Part shown: positions 20,728 to 31,960 of the stretch, piece by piece
How positions within the stretch are numbered: position 1 is the first letter of the stretch
How the letters are laid out: each line of letters starts with the position of its first letter
The notes under the pieces: model-generated
What the model was told of the DNA's origin: nothing
Database searches by the model: none
Seen by the model: the letters and a program-made list of their open reading frames with translations, nothing else
Translations under genes and position numbers: made by a program
NCBI RefSeq assembly: GCF_024700885.2
Contig: NZ_CP117016.1
Source of the DNA: Escherichia coli
Lineage (GTDB): Bacteria > Pseudomonadota > Gammaproteobacteria > Enterobacterales > Enterobacteriaceae
DNA: 64,000 bases
Strand: one strand, 5' to 3'

Positions 20728-21882
20728 TCAGACCGCTTTAATGTCGATGGCTTCACCCTGCATCCGTTTACGCAGAGTACGTTTCGTACGGTCGATAACA
20801 TCGCCCGCCAACTGTCCACAGGCAGCATCGATATCATCACCACGAGTTTTACGCACAATAGTGGTGAAACCGTAGCTCATCAGCACTTTTGAGAAACGGT
20901 CGATACGGCTGTTCGAACTGCGTCCATACGGCGCGCCAGGGAACGGGTTCCACGGGATCAGGTTGATCTTACACGGCGTATCTTTCAGTAGCTCCGCCAG
21001 TTGGTGCGCGTGTTCAGTGCCGTCGTTAACGTGGTCAAGCATCACGTATTCAATAGTGACTCGGCCCTGATTGGCGTTGGATTTCTCCAGATAACGGCGC
21101 ACCGCAGCAAGGAACGTTTCGATATTGTACTTTTTGTTGATCGGCACAATTTCGTCACGAATTTCATCGTTCGGCGCGTGCAGGGAAATTGCCAGTGCAA
21201 CGTCGATCATATCGCCCAGTTTATCCAGCGCCGGAACTACACCGGAAGTGGAAAGCGTCACGCGACGTTTAGACAGACCAAAGCCAAAGTCATCCAACAT
21301 GATTTCCATCGCCGGAACGACGTTGTTCAGGTTGAGCAGCGGCTCGCCCATGCCCATCATCACTACGTTAGTGATTGGGCGCTGACCGGTGACTTTTGCT
21401 GCGCCGACAATTTTCGCCGCACGCCACACCTGGCCGATAATTTCCGATACCCGCAGGTTGCGGTTAAAGCCCTGCTGGGCGGTGGAACAGAATTTACACT
21501 CCAGCGCACACCCTACCTGCGAAGAGACGCAGAGCGTGGCACGGTCGTCTTCCGGGATATACACCGTTTCAACGCGCTGATCGCCAACGGCGATCGCCCA
21601 TTTAATGGTGCCGTCAGATGAACGCTGTTCTTCAACCACTTCCGGTGCACGGATTTCCGCCACCTCTTTCAGTTTGCCGCGCAACACTTTATTGATGTCG
21701 GTCATCTCATCAAAGTTGTCGCAGCAATAGTGATACATCCACTTCATCACCTGATCGGCGCGGAAGGGTTTTTCACCTAAATCTTTAAAAAACTCCCGCA
21801 TCTGCTGACGGTTGAGATCCAGCAGGTTGATTTTTCCATCTTTCGTGGTGACGTTTTCAGGTGTGACTAATTGTTCAGACAT
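20728..21882 (-). CDS. rlmN: 23S rRNA/tRNA m2A methyltransferase RlmN (radical SAM)
   Basis: 384 aa; CxxxCxxC radical SAM motif (CALECKFC). Confidence 0.95.
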
Positions 21883-22031
21883 ATGCTATTCCGGCCTCGT
21901 TATTACACGTTATGGCCCCTGGAGGGTTGAAAAAAGAAACGCCCCGGTGAGCGGCTGCTCGTCCGGGGGCGCTGCATTGTACAAATTCTGGCGCATGGAT
22001 GCCACGTTTGCACGCGGCATTTACGAAATTA

Positions 22032-22463
22032 TTAACGGGTGCGCGGGCACACTTCGCCTTCGCCGAAGAAATAAGCGATTTCGCGAGCGGCAGATTCGAC
22101 GGAATCAGAACCGTGGGTACCGTTTTCGGTCAGGCTGTCAGCGTAATCAGCGCGCAGAGTACCGGCCAGTGCATTTGCCGGATTGGTCGCGCCCAGCAGA
22201 TCGCGGTGACGCTGAACGGCGTTTTCACCTTCCAGCACGGAAACCACGATCGGGCCAGAGGTCATGAATTCAACCAGACCATCAAAGAACGGTTTTCCAT
22301 CGTGTTCAGCATAAAAGCCACGAGCCTGTTCAACGGTCAGGTGCAGCATTTTGGTGCCGACAATTTTGAACCCTGCAGCTTCAAAGCGCGCAAAGATATT
22401 ACCAATGACGTTTTTTGCTACCGCGTTCGGTTTGATGATGGAAAAAGTACGTTCAATAGCCAT
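22032..22463 (-). CDS. ndk: Nucleoside diphosphate kinase
   Basis: 143 aa; NIIHGSD-type active site region ([12 protein letters not shown]). Confidence 0.97.
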
Positions 22464-22611
22464 TTTTACCTCTGTAAATTGTTCTGTTGTTGTCTGTACC
22501 AGCGTACGAGATGGCGCGGATTATAATGAGCAACAGGGCCGTTGACTATTGATGAAGGTAACATTTTTTTAAAATAAACCTAGTTTAAGCAACAATCAGG
22601 GACAAAACAGA

Positions 22612-24924
22612 CTATTGCATGACAAATTTCACTGTCGCGATTTGCCCCACCTCATCCATCACCAGCAATTGATAATCGCCTTTATCCATCAAATGCAGGG
22701 TCACGTTGCGCCCGCGTTCAGTTAACGGTTCGCCATTCAGAAACCACCAGCGTTCACCTGCCCCTCCACTTGATTGCAACGGCAAAGTCGCTTCCGCTGC
22801 GCCCGGTAAACGTTTAATAATCGCGCCATCGCGAACACCTGTCAGCTGCAGTGGGAGTTGTGCATCGTGACCGTATGGCGGGCAAATTGTCGAGGCCGGT
22901 GGTAAGCGCACAGCGCGGCGTTCTGATGCGGGCAACCAGGGTTCCAGCGGTAGCGGCCAGACATTTATCATTTCTTGTCGCGCTTGCGGGCAATCAGCGG
23001 CAACACGTTTGCCATTTTCATCCAGCCAGATGGGGAAACGAATGCCATTAATGCCTTCCTGCTCCGGCAGTAATAGAGTTGGCGGCTGGCTCCCGTCCAG
23101 CAGCCAGGTTGCCAGGCGGCGGCGACAGTTACCGTCACCTTCCGGCAAAGACTGTCCGCCCGGCCAGCAGATAACACCACGACTTACAGAGTCAGGACGT
23201 GGGTCTTCCGGCAGATTCGCACTGCGCGACAGTAAGATATTATTAACCTGATTCAACAATGGTACGGCGCTGGCAAAGCCAAACTGACCAACAACGGGCG
23301 TGCCGTCCGGTCTGCCAGTCCAGATCCCAATAACATAGCGAGCGTTAACCCCAATCGCCCAGGCGTCACGATAGCCATAGCTGGTGCCCGTTTTCCATGC
23401 CAGTGGGGCGACGCGCGGCAAGGCACTATCCGGCAAGGGTTGCGCTTCATCAGCCATAATCCGGCGGATGATCCACGCAGCCCCCGACGACATTAAAGGC
23501 CGTTCAAGCAGCGGATCGTCAGGCTGTAAGCGCAATTTACCTGCCTTGCCGTGGCGAGCAAACGCGGTATACGCTGCCGCCATATCTTCCAGTTTTGCAC
23601 CAGCGCCGCCGAGAATGAGCGAAAGATTCGGTGCAGCACCGTTGGGCAAATATAGCGGCAATCCAACATTGCGTAACTTTGCCGCAAACCGTTTCGGTCC
23701 ATAGGCTTCCAGCACCTGCACAGCAGGTAAGTTCAGCGAGCGCACCAGCGCCTCACTCATGCTGATCGGGCCATGAAAACCGCTGTCAAAGTTGCCAGGT
23801 CGGTAATCACCGGTGCGCCGGGGTACGTCTTGCAACAGCGATGCCGGGTGGATCAAGCCTTCATCCAGCGCCAGACCATAAACAAACGGTTTGAGCACCG
23901 ATCCTGGCGATCGGATCGCATTGACCATATCAACATGACCAAAGCGTGAATCATCGTTGAGATCAACCGATCCCACCCAGCCGCGAACACGCATATCGGT
24001 ATGATCAACAACGATCATCGCCAGTGAGCTGCGCGGTGGTAATCGTCCTTTCCAGTTTTGCGCCAGTTCTTCCAGACGTCGTTGAAGACCGGCATCCAGC
24101 GTCGTAACGATTTTGTCGCTTTTGCTTTTACCGAGCATCATGCGCGAAAACAGCGGTGCCAGTTGCGGCATTTGTCGGGGTGCCAGCCAGATGGGTTCTT
24201 CCCTTGACTCTTTTACCTGCTCACGGGACCACACACCTTGCACGGCCATCCGTTCGAGCACTTTATTACGCGCGGCTTCGGCACGCTCCGGCCAACGATC
24301 CGGGCGTAGTCGGCTGGGTGCTTGCGGCAAAACCGCCAGCATTGCCGCCTCGGAATAGCTTAAATTCGCAGGCGACTTTCCGAGATAAGCCCAACTTGCC
24401 GCACCGATCCCCTGCAACGTACCGCCAAACGGAGCGCGGTTAAGATACAAGGTCAGAATTTCACGCTTAGGCAGATGCCATTCCAGTTGCAACGCGCGCC
24501 AGAGCTGGCGAATTTTGCCGCCAAATGTTTTGGGGTGAGGATCAAGCAGACGAGCAACCTGCATAGTGAGCGTGCTGCCACCGGAAATAACCCGTCCCGA
24601 AGTGAGATCTTGCCATGCTGCGCGCGCCACCGAGAATGGATTCACCCCCGGATGCTTCCAGAACCAGCGATCTTCATAATTGATCAGCGCTTCAAGGTAA
24701 CGTGGAGAAACATCTTCGATTGTTACCGGATAACGCCAGATGCCGTCAGCATCGGCGAAGCGCCAGAGCGGCGTCCCATCCTGAGCCACAACCACTCGTG
24801 CGGGATTGACTTCATGCAGCGGTAGAGGCCAGAGTTTATCTGCTCCCCACGCTGCAAGAAAAAGGAGAAAGGGCGCGGCTGCCAGCGTTATCCAGCAGCC
24901 GCGTTTGGTTAACAGGCGAGGCAT
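22612..24924 (-). CDS. pbpC: Penicillin-binding protein 1C
   Basis: 770 aa; start directly abuts yfhM stop. Confidence 0.95.
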   Translation of the reverse strand: MPRLLTKRGCWITLAAAPFLLFLAAWGADKLWPLPLHEVNPARVVVAQDGTPLWRFADADGIWRYPVTIEDVSPRYLEALINYEDRWFWKHPGVNPFSVARAAWQDLTSGRVISGGSTLTMQVARLLDPHPKTFGGKIRQLWRALQLEWHLPKREILTLYLNRAPFGGTLQGIGAASWAYLGKSPANLSYSEAAMLAVLPQAPSRLRPDRWPERAEAARNKVLERMAVQGVWSREQVKESREEPIWLAPRQMPQLAPLFSRMMLGKSKSDKIVTTLDAGLQRRLEELAQNWKGRLPPRSSLAMIVVDHTDMRVRGWVGSVDLNDDSRFGHVDMVNAIRSPGSVLKPFVYGLALDEGLIHPASLLQDVPRRTGDYRPGNFDSGFHGPISMSEALVRSLNLPAVQVLEAYGPKRFAAKLRNVGLPLYLPNGAAPNLSLILGGAGAKLEDMAAAYTAFARHGKAGKLRLQPDDPLLERPLMSSGAAWIIRRIMADEAQPLPDSALPRVAPLAWKTGTSYGYRDAWAIGVNARYVIGIWTGRPDGTPVVGQFGFASAVPLLNQVNNILLSRSANLPEDPRPDSVSRGVICWPGGQSLPEGDGNCRRRLATWLLDGSQPPTLLLPEQEGINGIRFPIWLDENGKRVAADCPQARQEMINVWPLPLEPWLPASERRAVRLPPASTICPPYGHDAQLPLQLTGVRDGAIIKRLPGAAEATLPLQSSGGAGERWWFLNGEPLTERGRNVTLHLMDKGDYQLLVMDEVGQIATVKFVMQ

Positions 24925-27900
24925 TTACGGTCTGACAATCAGCAAATCTTCAGCCGCGCCGGTCGCCCGCCATTGGGGAACATACATTGATTCCACCATC
25001 GGTTGCGGTACCTGATACGTTCCCGGCGTCACCGCCCGCGCCAGATACACCAGCGTTACCGGTTGGTATTCATCAACGGCAACCGCCGCCACAAAGCGAT
25101 CGTCACGGAACTCAATGTGCTTAATGCTCGCCTGCTGCATCTGGTTCAGTAAGTTTTGCACTTCGCCACCACTTTGCTCCAGGCTGGCGCTACCGTTCGC
25201 CAGATTCTGGTTTTCCAGTTCCAGACCCGCAGGCAGCAGATCCACGACTAACGCATCCGGCACGCTGTTACTGGCTTTAACCTGCAACCAGACCAGCACC
25301 AGATCGCCGCTACGTAACGAGTCCAGCGATTTGCTCTTACCATCAGTACCAAGAATATGACGCTCGATTTGCAGCACATTGTTCGCCGGTAAAGGTGCGG
25401 ATTGCGGATAACCGTTGGCATCCACACGCAGCCATAACGGCTGATCGCCACTGTTGGTCACCTGCAAGGTGGCAAGTTGATCGCTATTCAGATTGCTGTT
25501 TTGCGCTTTCTCGCCTGTCAGCGGCTCAGCTGAGAAAGAGGTTTGCGCCTGCCATTTACCCGGTAAATCCTGGATCGTACGGGCAGCCATGAACAACGCG
25601 TTGCTTTCCTGCGTCGATAGCCAGCGTTCACCAAACGCCTGCTGCGAAAGCGTGTTCAGCAAAGTGTTTTGCTCATCGGGTAGCAGTTTATTTTCTTCCA
25701 GCAAGGAGAGCATTAACGCGTTGTCGCGCAGTGGGCTACCGTAATCACCCAGCCATTTCCGCTCATCATTACGCGGCGTTTTCAGCGCCAGCGCAATCGC
25801 TTCTTCACTACGCGTCGCATCCCCCATGGTTTTCAGCGCAACGCCAAGTTGCAGCAGCGGTAATCCAGACGCAGCATCTGCACGATGCTCCCAGATTTCA
25901 CGCAGCGCACCCAGTGGTGCTTTTTGCTGACGGGCCAGCACCAGCGCAGCGTAAGACTGTACGGCGAATTTACTGGCTTTGAGATTATCCGCGTACGGGA
26001 TCGACATCATGCCCGGATCTTGTAAATAGCGCAGCAGACGCTCATTTCCCCGGTTAATGACGTCTGTCGGCACGCTGTAACCCTGCTCACCTGCGCGGAC
26101 CAGGAAATCCATCACGTAAGCCGTCAGCCAGTACTCTTCGTCACCGTTTTTATCCCACAGCGCAAAGCCGCCGTTATCACGTTGCATTTGCAGCAAACGG
26201 GAAATGCCGATATCGACCGATGCACGGCGCTTCTCATCACTGTCGCCTTTGATGCCCAACGCCTGCAGTTGGGCTGCGTTGGTATAAAGTGACGGGAACA
26301 GGCCGCTGGCGGTTTGCTCAAGACAGCCGTACGGATACGCTTTTAACTCTTTGATATAACGTGCGATGTTCAGCGGTGGTTTGCCGCTCAACAACAATTG
26401 CCCTTCCAGTGTAACAGGCGAGAAGTTTTGCAATCCATCCGCCGGAATCGCCCATGTCTCACCAGGCTGCAACGCCGTACCGTAATTAACCGTTTGTGCC
26501 GGGAACGCCGGACGGACGCCGATTTTCCACTGCTTATGCTGATCGGCAACGGTTTCACCCGGTAACGCTAACCCGCTAATGGTGGCCTGAATTTCTCCAT
26601 CGCCATAACCCGGCAATGCTCGCACCGGGATAAACAGCGTAGTACGCACACCTGGCGCTAATTCAACGGCTGCGGGTGAAACGCTGACCAGTTCAAGCAA
26701 ACCACTGGCGGTCAGGGCAACGTTCAGTTTTTGCGGTTTATCGGTAAGATTAGTGATATCCAGCGTCAGACGCGAGGTATCGCCACTCGCCATAAAGCGC
26801 GGCATGTTCAGTTCAGCAATCACCGGTGCGGCAACTATCACTTTGCTTTCGTTGCTACCGAAGTCATCTGCCGTCCAGGCTTGCGCCATGACGCGTAGTT
26901 CACCGTTAAAATCGCCAATCGGCAGTGTAACCGAGCCTTCGCCCTGTTCGTTGAGCGTTACCGGCAGCGCCTGCTGCGCGACAATATTGACGTGATTGAC
27001 CGGCGGTTTACCACCACGTTTCAGCTCATCACCATCGCCACCAAAACGCAGAGCTGCCAGACGCCCCTGACCTTCAATGACCTGACCGTAAATATCGTAA
27101 ATGTCTGCACCATAGCGTTTCTGACCAAAGAACGCCTGCCACGGATCGGGGGTAACGTAATCAGTAATATTCAGCACACCGCTATCAACGGCAGACACCA
27201 GCACATTCACCTGTTTTGGCATCTCACCATTTTTATTGCTGGCTTTAATTTTCACGGTTAATGGCTGATTGGGGCGCATTTTGGTGGGGGTTTCCAGCGC
27301 CAGATCGAGACGACGGTTTTCATCGCCAAGCGGCAGATGCAACACCCCAACTGCGCGTTTTGGCGTCGCAGAGCGAGATTTATCGCCAGGACGTACCACC
27401 AGCGTACTTAAATACAAATCATGACGATTCCAGGTTTTATCGACCGGAATCGTCAGATCCAGCCCTTGAGCCGGAACATCAATCTCTTGCCACCACAGCG
27501 GCCCTTCACTGGACTCGACCATCGCATAACCTTTACCCGCCGTTGGCGCGGCGATATGCAACTTAATGGTGTCGCCAGGGCGATAACTGGCTTTATCCAG
27601 TTTCAGCGTGACACGGTCCGGACGCACTGCGCCGCTCCCGTCGCTGTTGTCCTGCCAGCTATAGCCAGCCCAGAAACGCACACTACTGACCGCTTCATTC
27701 GGCGCTTTGACTTCCAGACGATAAGCGCCCCACTCTACCGGGAAACTGACCTTGCCGGTTTCGTCCGCTTTCAGATCCAGAGTTTGTTCATTTTCAATCA
27801 GATCTTTTTGATCAAACTGTGATTGCCAGCCTTCATCTTCTGACCAGTTCCAGTAGTAATCGCGGCGTTCGCGAATCAGGCGCACCTGCAAGCCCGACAC

Positions 27901-29883
27901 GGCTTTTTTCACGCCTTGCGCATCGCTATAAACGATGTCAAAAGCGGCGTTACTGCCTTCATCAACAATGGGCTGTTTCACCGTGCTGTCAGTGCGATAA
28001 TCGTAAACCGATTTCGAGGCGAACTGCGGACGGATCCCCGGCAATGCATCGGCAGGCCAGATAGCCTGCTCAGCGCGGCGCGTCACCGGGCGACCGCCCG
28101 ATTCCAACAAACTACCCTGGAAAATAACCTGTAATGGGGAATGCGTTTCCTTCCACTGGCTTTCTGTAGAAACTTCGCCACGCCCTTTATCATCCAGCGT
28201 CAACTGAACTTCATCCAGCGTGCGGGAAAGATTTTCGGCAGCTATATCGCCGAATTCGAAACCAGGTAAGGCTGACACAGCTTCACGCAGTGGGCGCAGG
28301 AAAAGTTGCCCTTGCAAAGTATTACCATTAGCAGGCGCACCATACAGGTAGTACCCCACCACGGAAAATCTCACTTCATCTTTCGGCGTTAGCGGGGTTT
28401 TCTCACCAGTCAGATTCAGCGCCATGCGCTCTGGCATAAAATCTTCGACGTGGAAATCCCACATCCGGTACTGGTTATCGCCCGTGTTAGCGCGAATATG
28501 CCACATACCGGTTGCCGCATTGCTATCGAGTGGCCAGGTAAAGTGGTAGAGGCCATTCTCCGGCTGACTAACGACGCTCCTGAGTACCTGCCCGTCGGGT
28601 TTAATCACGTCTAACTTGATGGGTTGATCGGGCAATGCTTTACCATCTGCATCACGCAATAAACCATTGAGGATAACTGTTTCACCAGGGCGATAAAGAT
28701 CGCGCGGGCCAAACATGAAAAACTGTTTGCTATAGCCTGGCGCGCCAGCAATGATAAATTCTGCTAAGTCCAGCGCCGGAAGTTTTAAATCGAGTAGCGT
28801 TGTCTGACCGTCTTTACGCGCCAGCAGTAATGCCGCGTTTTTATCATTTTCCAGCTGCACATGCCCCTGAGCATCACTGGTTGCCTGAGTCAGAGTCTGC
28901 CCTTTCTCATTTAATAAAGAGACTTCTATTCCTTGCTGGGCCGCGCCGTTTTCCAGACTTTGGGTAAAGATATCCAGACGATTGTGATAACGGTGAGCTG
29001 AAACGCCGATATCACTTAACGTAAACAGCGTCGCGGGATTACTGTAATCGTAACGTCCAGCCTGATTCATCACAGCCAGGTACACGCCTGCCTGCTGAAG
29101 CGGTTTGATATCGCCCAACGGCAGCAATAATTTTTCACGGGTGTTACGCGCAGGATTGAGATCAAACCGTCCGGTGTAGACCAGATCCGCCATCTGCAGC
29201 AGTTTGTCAGACTGCCAGTTCGCCAGCGAATTGCGGTATTCCCATTGGCTAATGAATGCTGGCAGAGATTCTGGCTTAACACGGAAGAAGTTAACATCGA
29301 CATTATTAACATTGAGCGCCATTACCGGCAGCCCTTCAATAACTTTACCAGGTAACAACGAGCCACGGCTGGCAAAACCGACGCTGGGTTGGATATCGCG
29401 GGTAGTTATAGTTTTTTCGTAATCTTTACTGAAGGTTGCGTTGTTGAGTGCTTTGACCTCCTTGCCAATAGTGACGATCAAATCACGTTTCGGTTCGAGG
29501 TGGCGTAAACGCAACTCTTTAAGATTATCTGACAGCTCCCAGGCACCATCCACTTTGCCGCTTTTCTTATCGACGACATGGATAACGCGTGAGAAATCCT
29601 GATCCGGGTCGAGAGGGATGGAGAACGTCAGCACCAGCGTGGCTGCGCCATCAAGTTGAACTTCAGAGAGATCCAGCAATGTCAGCGCCTTACCGGCACT
29701 CTGTTGTGCCAGTTTTTGTCGCTCCGGCACGGAGAGTTTTGCTGAACTCGCGTTTTCTGAAGAGACCGCTTTAGTAACTTCAGAAGGCGCATCTTTTTTC
29801 ACCGCTGTTGGCGCGTTATCGTTGTTGTCGCACCCTGCCAGCGCCAGCATTAGCATGCAGGCGGCTACGCGTAACTTTTTCAT
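24925..29883 (-). CDS. yfhM: Alpha-2-macroglobulin family lipoprotein YfhM
   Basis: 1652 aa; signal peptide with LAGC lipobox. Confidence 0.95.
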   Translation of the reverse strand: MKKLRVAACMLMLALAGCDNNDNAPTAVKKDAPSEVTKAVSSENASSAKLSVPERQKLAQQSAGKALTLLDLSEVQLDGAATLVLTFSIPLDPDQDFSRVIHVVDKKSGKVDGAWELSDNLKELRLRHLEPKRDLIVTIGKEVKALNNATFSKDYEKTITTRDIQPSVGFASRGSLLPGKVIEGLPVMALNVNNVDVNFFRVKPESLPAFISQWEYRNSLANWQSDKLLQMADLVYTGRFDLNPARNTREKLLLPLGDIKPLQQAGVYLAVMNQAGRYDYSNPATLFTLSDIGVSAHRYHNRLDIFTQSLENGAAQQGIEVSLLNEKGQTLTQATSDAQGHVQLENDKNAALLLARKDGQTTLLDLKLPALDLAEFIIAGAPGYSKQFFMFGPRDLYRPGETVILNGLLRDADGKALPDQPIKLDVIKPDGQVLRSVVSQPENGLYHFTWPLDSNAATGMWHIRANTGDNQYRMWDFHVEDFMPERMALNLTGEKTPLTPKDEVRFSVVGYYLYGAPANGNTLQGQLFLRPLREAVSALPGFEFGDIAAENLSRTLDEVQLTLDDKGRGEVSTESQWKETHSPLQVIFQGSLLESGGRPVTRRAEQAIWPADALPGIRPQFASKSVYDYRTDSTVKQPIVDEGSNAAFDIVYSDAQGVKKAVSGLQVRLIRERRDYYWNWSEDEGWQSQFDQKDLIENEQTLDLKADETGKVSFPVEWGAYRLEVKAPNEAVSSVRFWAGYSWQDNSDGSGAVRPDRVTLKLDKASYRPGDTIKLHIAAPTAGKGYAMVESSEGPLWWQEIDVPAQGLDLTIPVDKTWNRHDLYLSTLVVRPGDKSRSATPKRAVGVLHLPLGDENRRLDLALETPTKMRPNQPLTVKIKASNKNGEMPKQVNVLVSAVDSGVLNITDYVTPDPWQAFFGQKRYGADIYDIYGQVIEGQGRLAALRFGGDGDELKRGGKPPVNHVNIVAQQALPVTLNEQGEGSVTLPIGDFNGELRVMAQAWTADDFGSNESKVIVAAPVIAELNMPRFMASGDTSRLTLDITNLTDKPQKLNVALTASGLLELVSVSPAAVELAPGVRTTLFIPVRALPGYGDGEIQATISGLALPGETVADQHKQWKIGVRPAFPAQTVNYGTALQPGETWAIPADGLQNFSPVTLEGQLLLSGKPPLNIARYIKELKAYPYGCLEQTASGLFPSLYTNAAQLQALGIKGDSDEKRRASVDIGISRLLQMQRDNGGFALWDKNGDEEYWLTAYVMDFLVRAGEQGYSVPTDVINRGNERLLRYLQDPGMMSIPYADNLKASKFAVQSYAALVLARQQKAPLGALREIWEHRADAASGLPLLQLGVALKTMGDATRSEEAIALALKTPRNDERKWLGDYGSPLRDNALMLSLLEENKLLPDEQNTLLNTLSQQAFGERWLSTQESNALFMAARTIQDLPGKWQAQTSFSAEPLTGEKAQNSNLNSDQLATLQVTNSGDQPLWLRVDANGYPQSAPLPANNVLQIERHILGTDGKSKSLDSLRSGDLVLVWLQVKASNSVPDALVVDLLPAGLELENQNLANGSASLEQSGGEVQNLLNQMQQASIKHIEFRDDRFVAAVAVDEYQPVTLVYLARAVTPGTYQVPQPMVESMYVPQWRATGAAEDLLIVRP

Positions 29884-30089
29884 TTTTCATCCCTGCCACA
29901 ATGGCCCGTTAGCAACGTCGAATAATTATTATGCGTGAGAATTTACGTTATGTAATTCAGTATCACGCCCATACAATCCGAATTTTAGTGAGAATTGTGG
30001 CTCAGACAGCCAAATCAGCCTCTTTTGCTTGTCGCTTTTCACTAAACATCCGACAATTTAGCCTAACCCCGGCAAAAATGGAGATGCCT

Positions 30090-30935
30090 ATGTCCACGAC
30101 ATGGTTTGTAGGAGCCGACTGGCTCGCCGAACATATTGATGACCCGGAAATTCAGATTATCGATGCCCGCATGGCGTCGCCTGGACAGGAAGATCGTAAC
30201 GTTGCTCAGGAGTATCTGAATGGACATATTCCCGGCGCAGTGTTTTTTGATATAGAAGCGCTTTCTGATCACACTTCCCCGCTTCCGCACATGCTGCCGC
30301 GCCCGGAAACGTTCGCCGTGGCGATGCGTGAATTAGGCGTTAACCAGGACAAGCACCTGATTGTCTATGACGAAGGTAATCTTTTCTCAGCCCCACGAGC
30401 ATGGTGGATGCTGCGCACCTTTGGTGTAGAGAAAGTGTCGATTCTGGGTGGTGGACTTGCAGGCTGGCAGCGCGATGATCTGCTGTTAGAAGAAGGTGCA
30501 GTAGAGCTGCCGGAAGGAGAGTTTAACGCCACGTTTAATCCTGAAGCCGTGGTGAAAGTCACCGATGTGTTATTGGCAAGCCATGAAAATACGGCGCAAA
30601 TTATTGATGCCCGCCCGGCTGCACGTTTTAACGCAGAAGTTGATGAACCTCGCCCAGGTTTACGTCGCGGACATATTCCCGGTGCATTGAACGTTCCGTG
30701 GACGGAACTGGTGCGCGAAGGCGAACTAAAAACGACCGATGAACTGGATGCTATATTTTTTGGTCGCGGCGTCAGCTATGACAAACCGATTATCGTCAGC
30801 TGCGGCTCTGGTGTAACGGCAGCCGTGGTTTTGTTGGCACTCGCGACGCTGGATGTGCCAAACGTGAAAATGTACGACGGCGCATGGAGTGAATGGGGCG
30901 CACGGGCAGATTTACCGGTTGAGCCAGTGAAATAA
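30090..30935 (+). CDS. sseA: 3-mercaptopyruvate sulfurtransferase
   Basis: Start set to MSTTWFVGADWL (track ORF begins 53 codons upstream); tandem rhodanese domains. Confidence 0.93.
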   Translation: MSTTWFVGADWLAEHIDDPEIQIIDARMASPGQEDRNVAQEYLNGHIPGAVFFDIEALSDHTSPLPHMLPRPETFAVAMRELGVNQDKHLIVYDEGNLFSAPRAWWMLRTFGVEKVSILGGGLAGWQRDDLLLEEGAVELPEGEFNATFNPEAVVKVTDVLLASHENTAQIIDARPAARFNAEVDEPRPGLRRGHIPGALNVPWTELVREGELKTTDELDAIFFGRGVSYDKPIIVSCGSGVTAAVVLLALATLDVPNVKMYDGAWSEWGARADLPVEPVK

Positions 30936-30951
30936 GCTTTTTACAGGCAAT

Positions 30952-30982
30952 AAAAAACCGCCGAATTTGGCGGTTTTTTATT
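30952..30982 (+). terminator. Intrinsic terminator after sseA
   Basis: AAAAAACCGCC-gaattt-GGCGGTTTTTTATT. Confidence 0.6.
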
Positions 30983-30985
30983 GTG

Positions 30986-31690
30986 CACAGAAAACCCCCA
31001 GCTAGGCTGGGGGTTCCGGAAAGCTTTCAGCTTTGAGCCAGTTATTAAAACCCCTTTTGATTTGTTAAAACACCTTGCGGTCTGGCAACTGCAAGTGTCA
31101 AACAAGAAATCAAAAGGGGGTCCCAATGGGGGACGAAAAGAGCTTAGCGTACACCCGCTGGAACTGTAAATATCACATAGTTTTTGCGCCGAAATACCGA
31201 AGACTGGCGTTTTACGGAGAGAAGCGTAGGGCGATAGGCAGTATTTTGAGAAAGCTGTGTGAGTGGAAAAGCGTACGGATTCTGGAAGCAGAGTGCTGCG
31301 CAGATCATATCCATATGCTTGTGGAAATCCCACCCAAAATGAGCGTATCCGGCGTTATGGGATATCTGAAAGGGAAAAGCAGTCTGATGCTTTACGAGCA
31401 GTTTGGGGATTTGAAATTCAAATACAGAAACAGGGAGTTCTGGTGCCGAGGGTACTATGTCGATACGGTGGGTAAGAACACGGCGAAGATACAGGACTAC
31501 ATAAAGCACCAGCTTGAAGAGGATAAAATGGGGGAGCAGTTATCGATTCCATATCCGGGCAGCCCGTTTACGGGCCGTAAGTAACGAAGTTGAATGCAAA
31601 TGTCAGATCGTATGCGCCTGTTAGGGCGCGGCTGGTAACAGAGCCTTACAGGCGCATTTGAAAAACCTCCGGCTATGCCGGAGGATATTT
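30986..31690 (+). mobile_element. IS200-like insertion sequence (IS200/IS605 family); ends approximate
   Basis: Y1 transposase gene plus upstream hairpins: CCCCCAGCTAGGCTGGGGG (left-end terminator-like) and CCCCTTTTGATTT...AAATCAAAAGGGG pairing that would sequester the tnpA SD. Confidence 0.6.
31126..31584 (+). CDS. tnpA: IS200 transposase TnpA (HUH/Y1)
   Basis: 152 aa from MGDEKSLAYTRWNCKYHIVFAPKYRR; HUH motif (HIHML) and catalytic Tyr region (GYYVDTVG). Confidence 0.9.
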   Translation: MGDEKSLAYTRWNCKYHIVFAPKYRRLAFYGEKRRAIGSILRKLCEWKSVRILEAECCADHIHMLVEIPPKMSVSGVMGYLKGKSSLMLYEQFGDLKFKYRNREFWCRGYYVDTVGKNTAKIQDYIKHQLEEDKMGEQLSIPYPGSPFTGRK

Positions 31691-31692
31691 AT

Positions 31693-31960
31693 TTGCTGGT
31701 CTGGTTCGCGGCCTTTCCAGCAGGTTGTATTACTGCAAGTGTATCTCGTCTACTCAATACTCGCTTTATGCATCAACGATGTCAAGTAGATAAAAAAGGA
31801 TAGATTTTGAATTCATTTGGCTTATCAGTCCGAATTCAGACAAATATAAACAAATCCCGCTTAATATTAAAATATACTAACTGGTAAAAGATATTACTTA
31901 AACGTGTAATTTCACTTTCTTTAAACAACAAAAAACCGCCAAAATCAGGCGGTTTTTTGT
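31693..31960 (+). ncRNA. Candidate sRNA-like element, copy 1 (RyfA-family position between sseA and sseB)
   Basis: Starts with conserved block TTGCTGGTCTGGTTCGCGGCCTTTCCAGCAGGTT shared with copy 2; ends at intrinsic terminator 31931-31960; no convincing ORF. Confidence 0.3.
31931..31960 (+). terminator. Intrinsic terminator
   Basis: AAAAACCGCC-aaaatca-GGCGGTTTTTTG. Confidence 0.55.

Noticed and set aside
25115-29774. Many short ORFs on both strands within yfhM
   Set aside because: All are contained in the 1652-aa yfhM coding region and are shadow frames.
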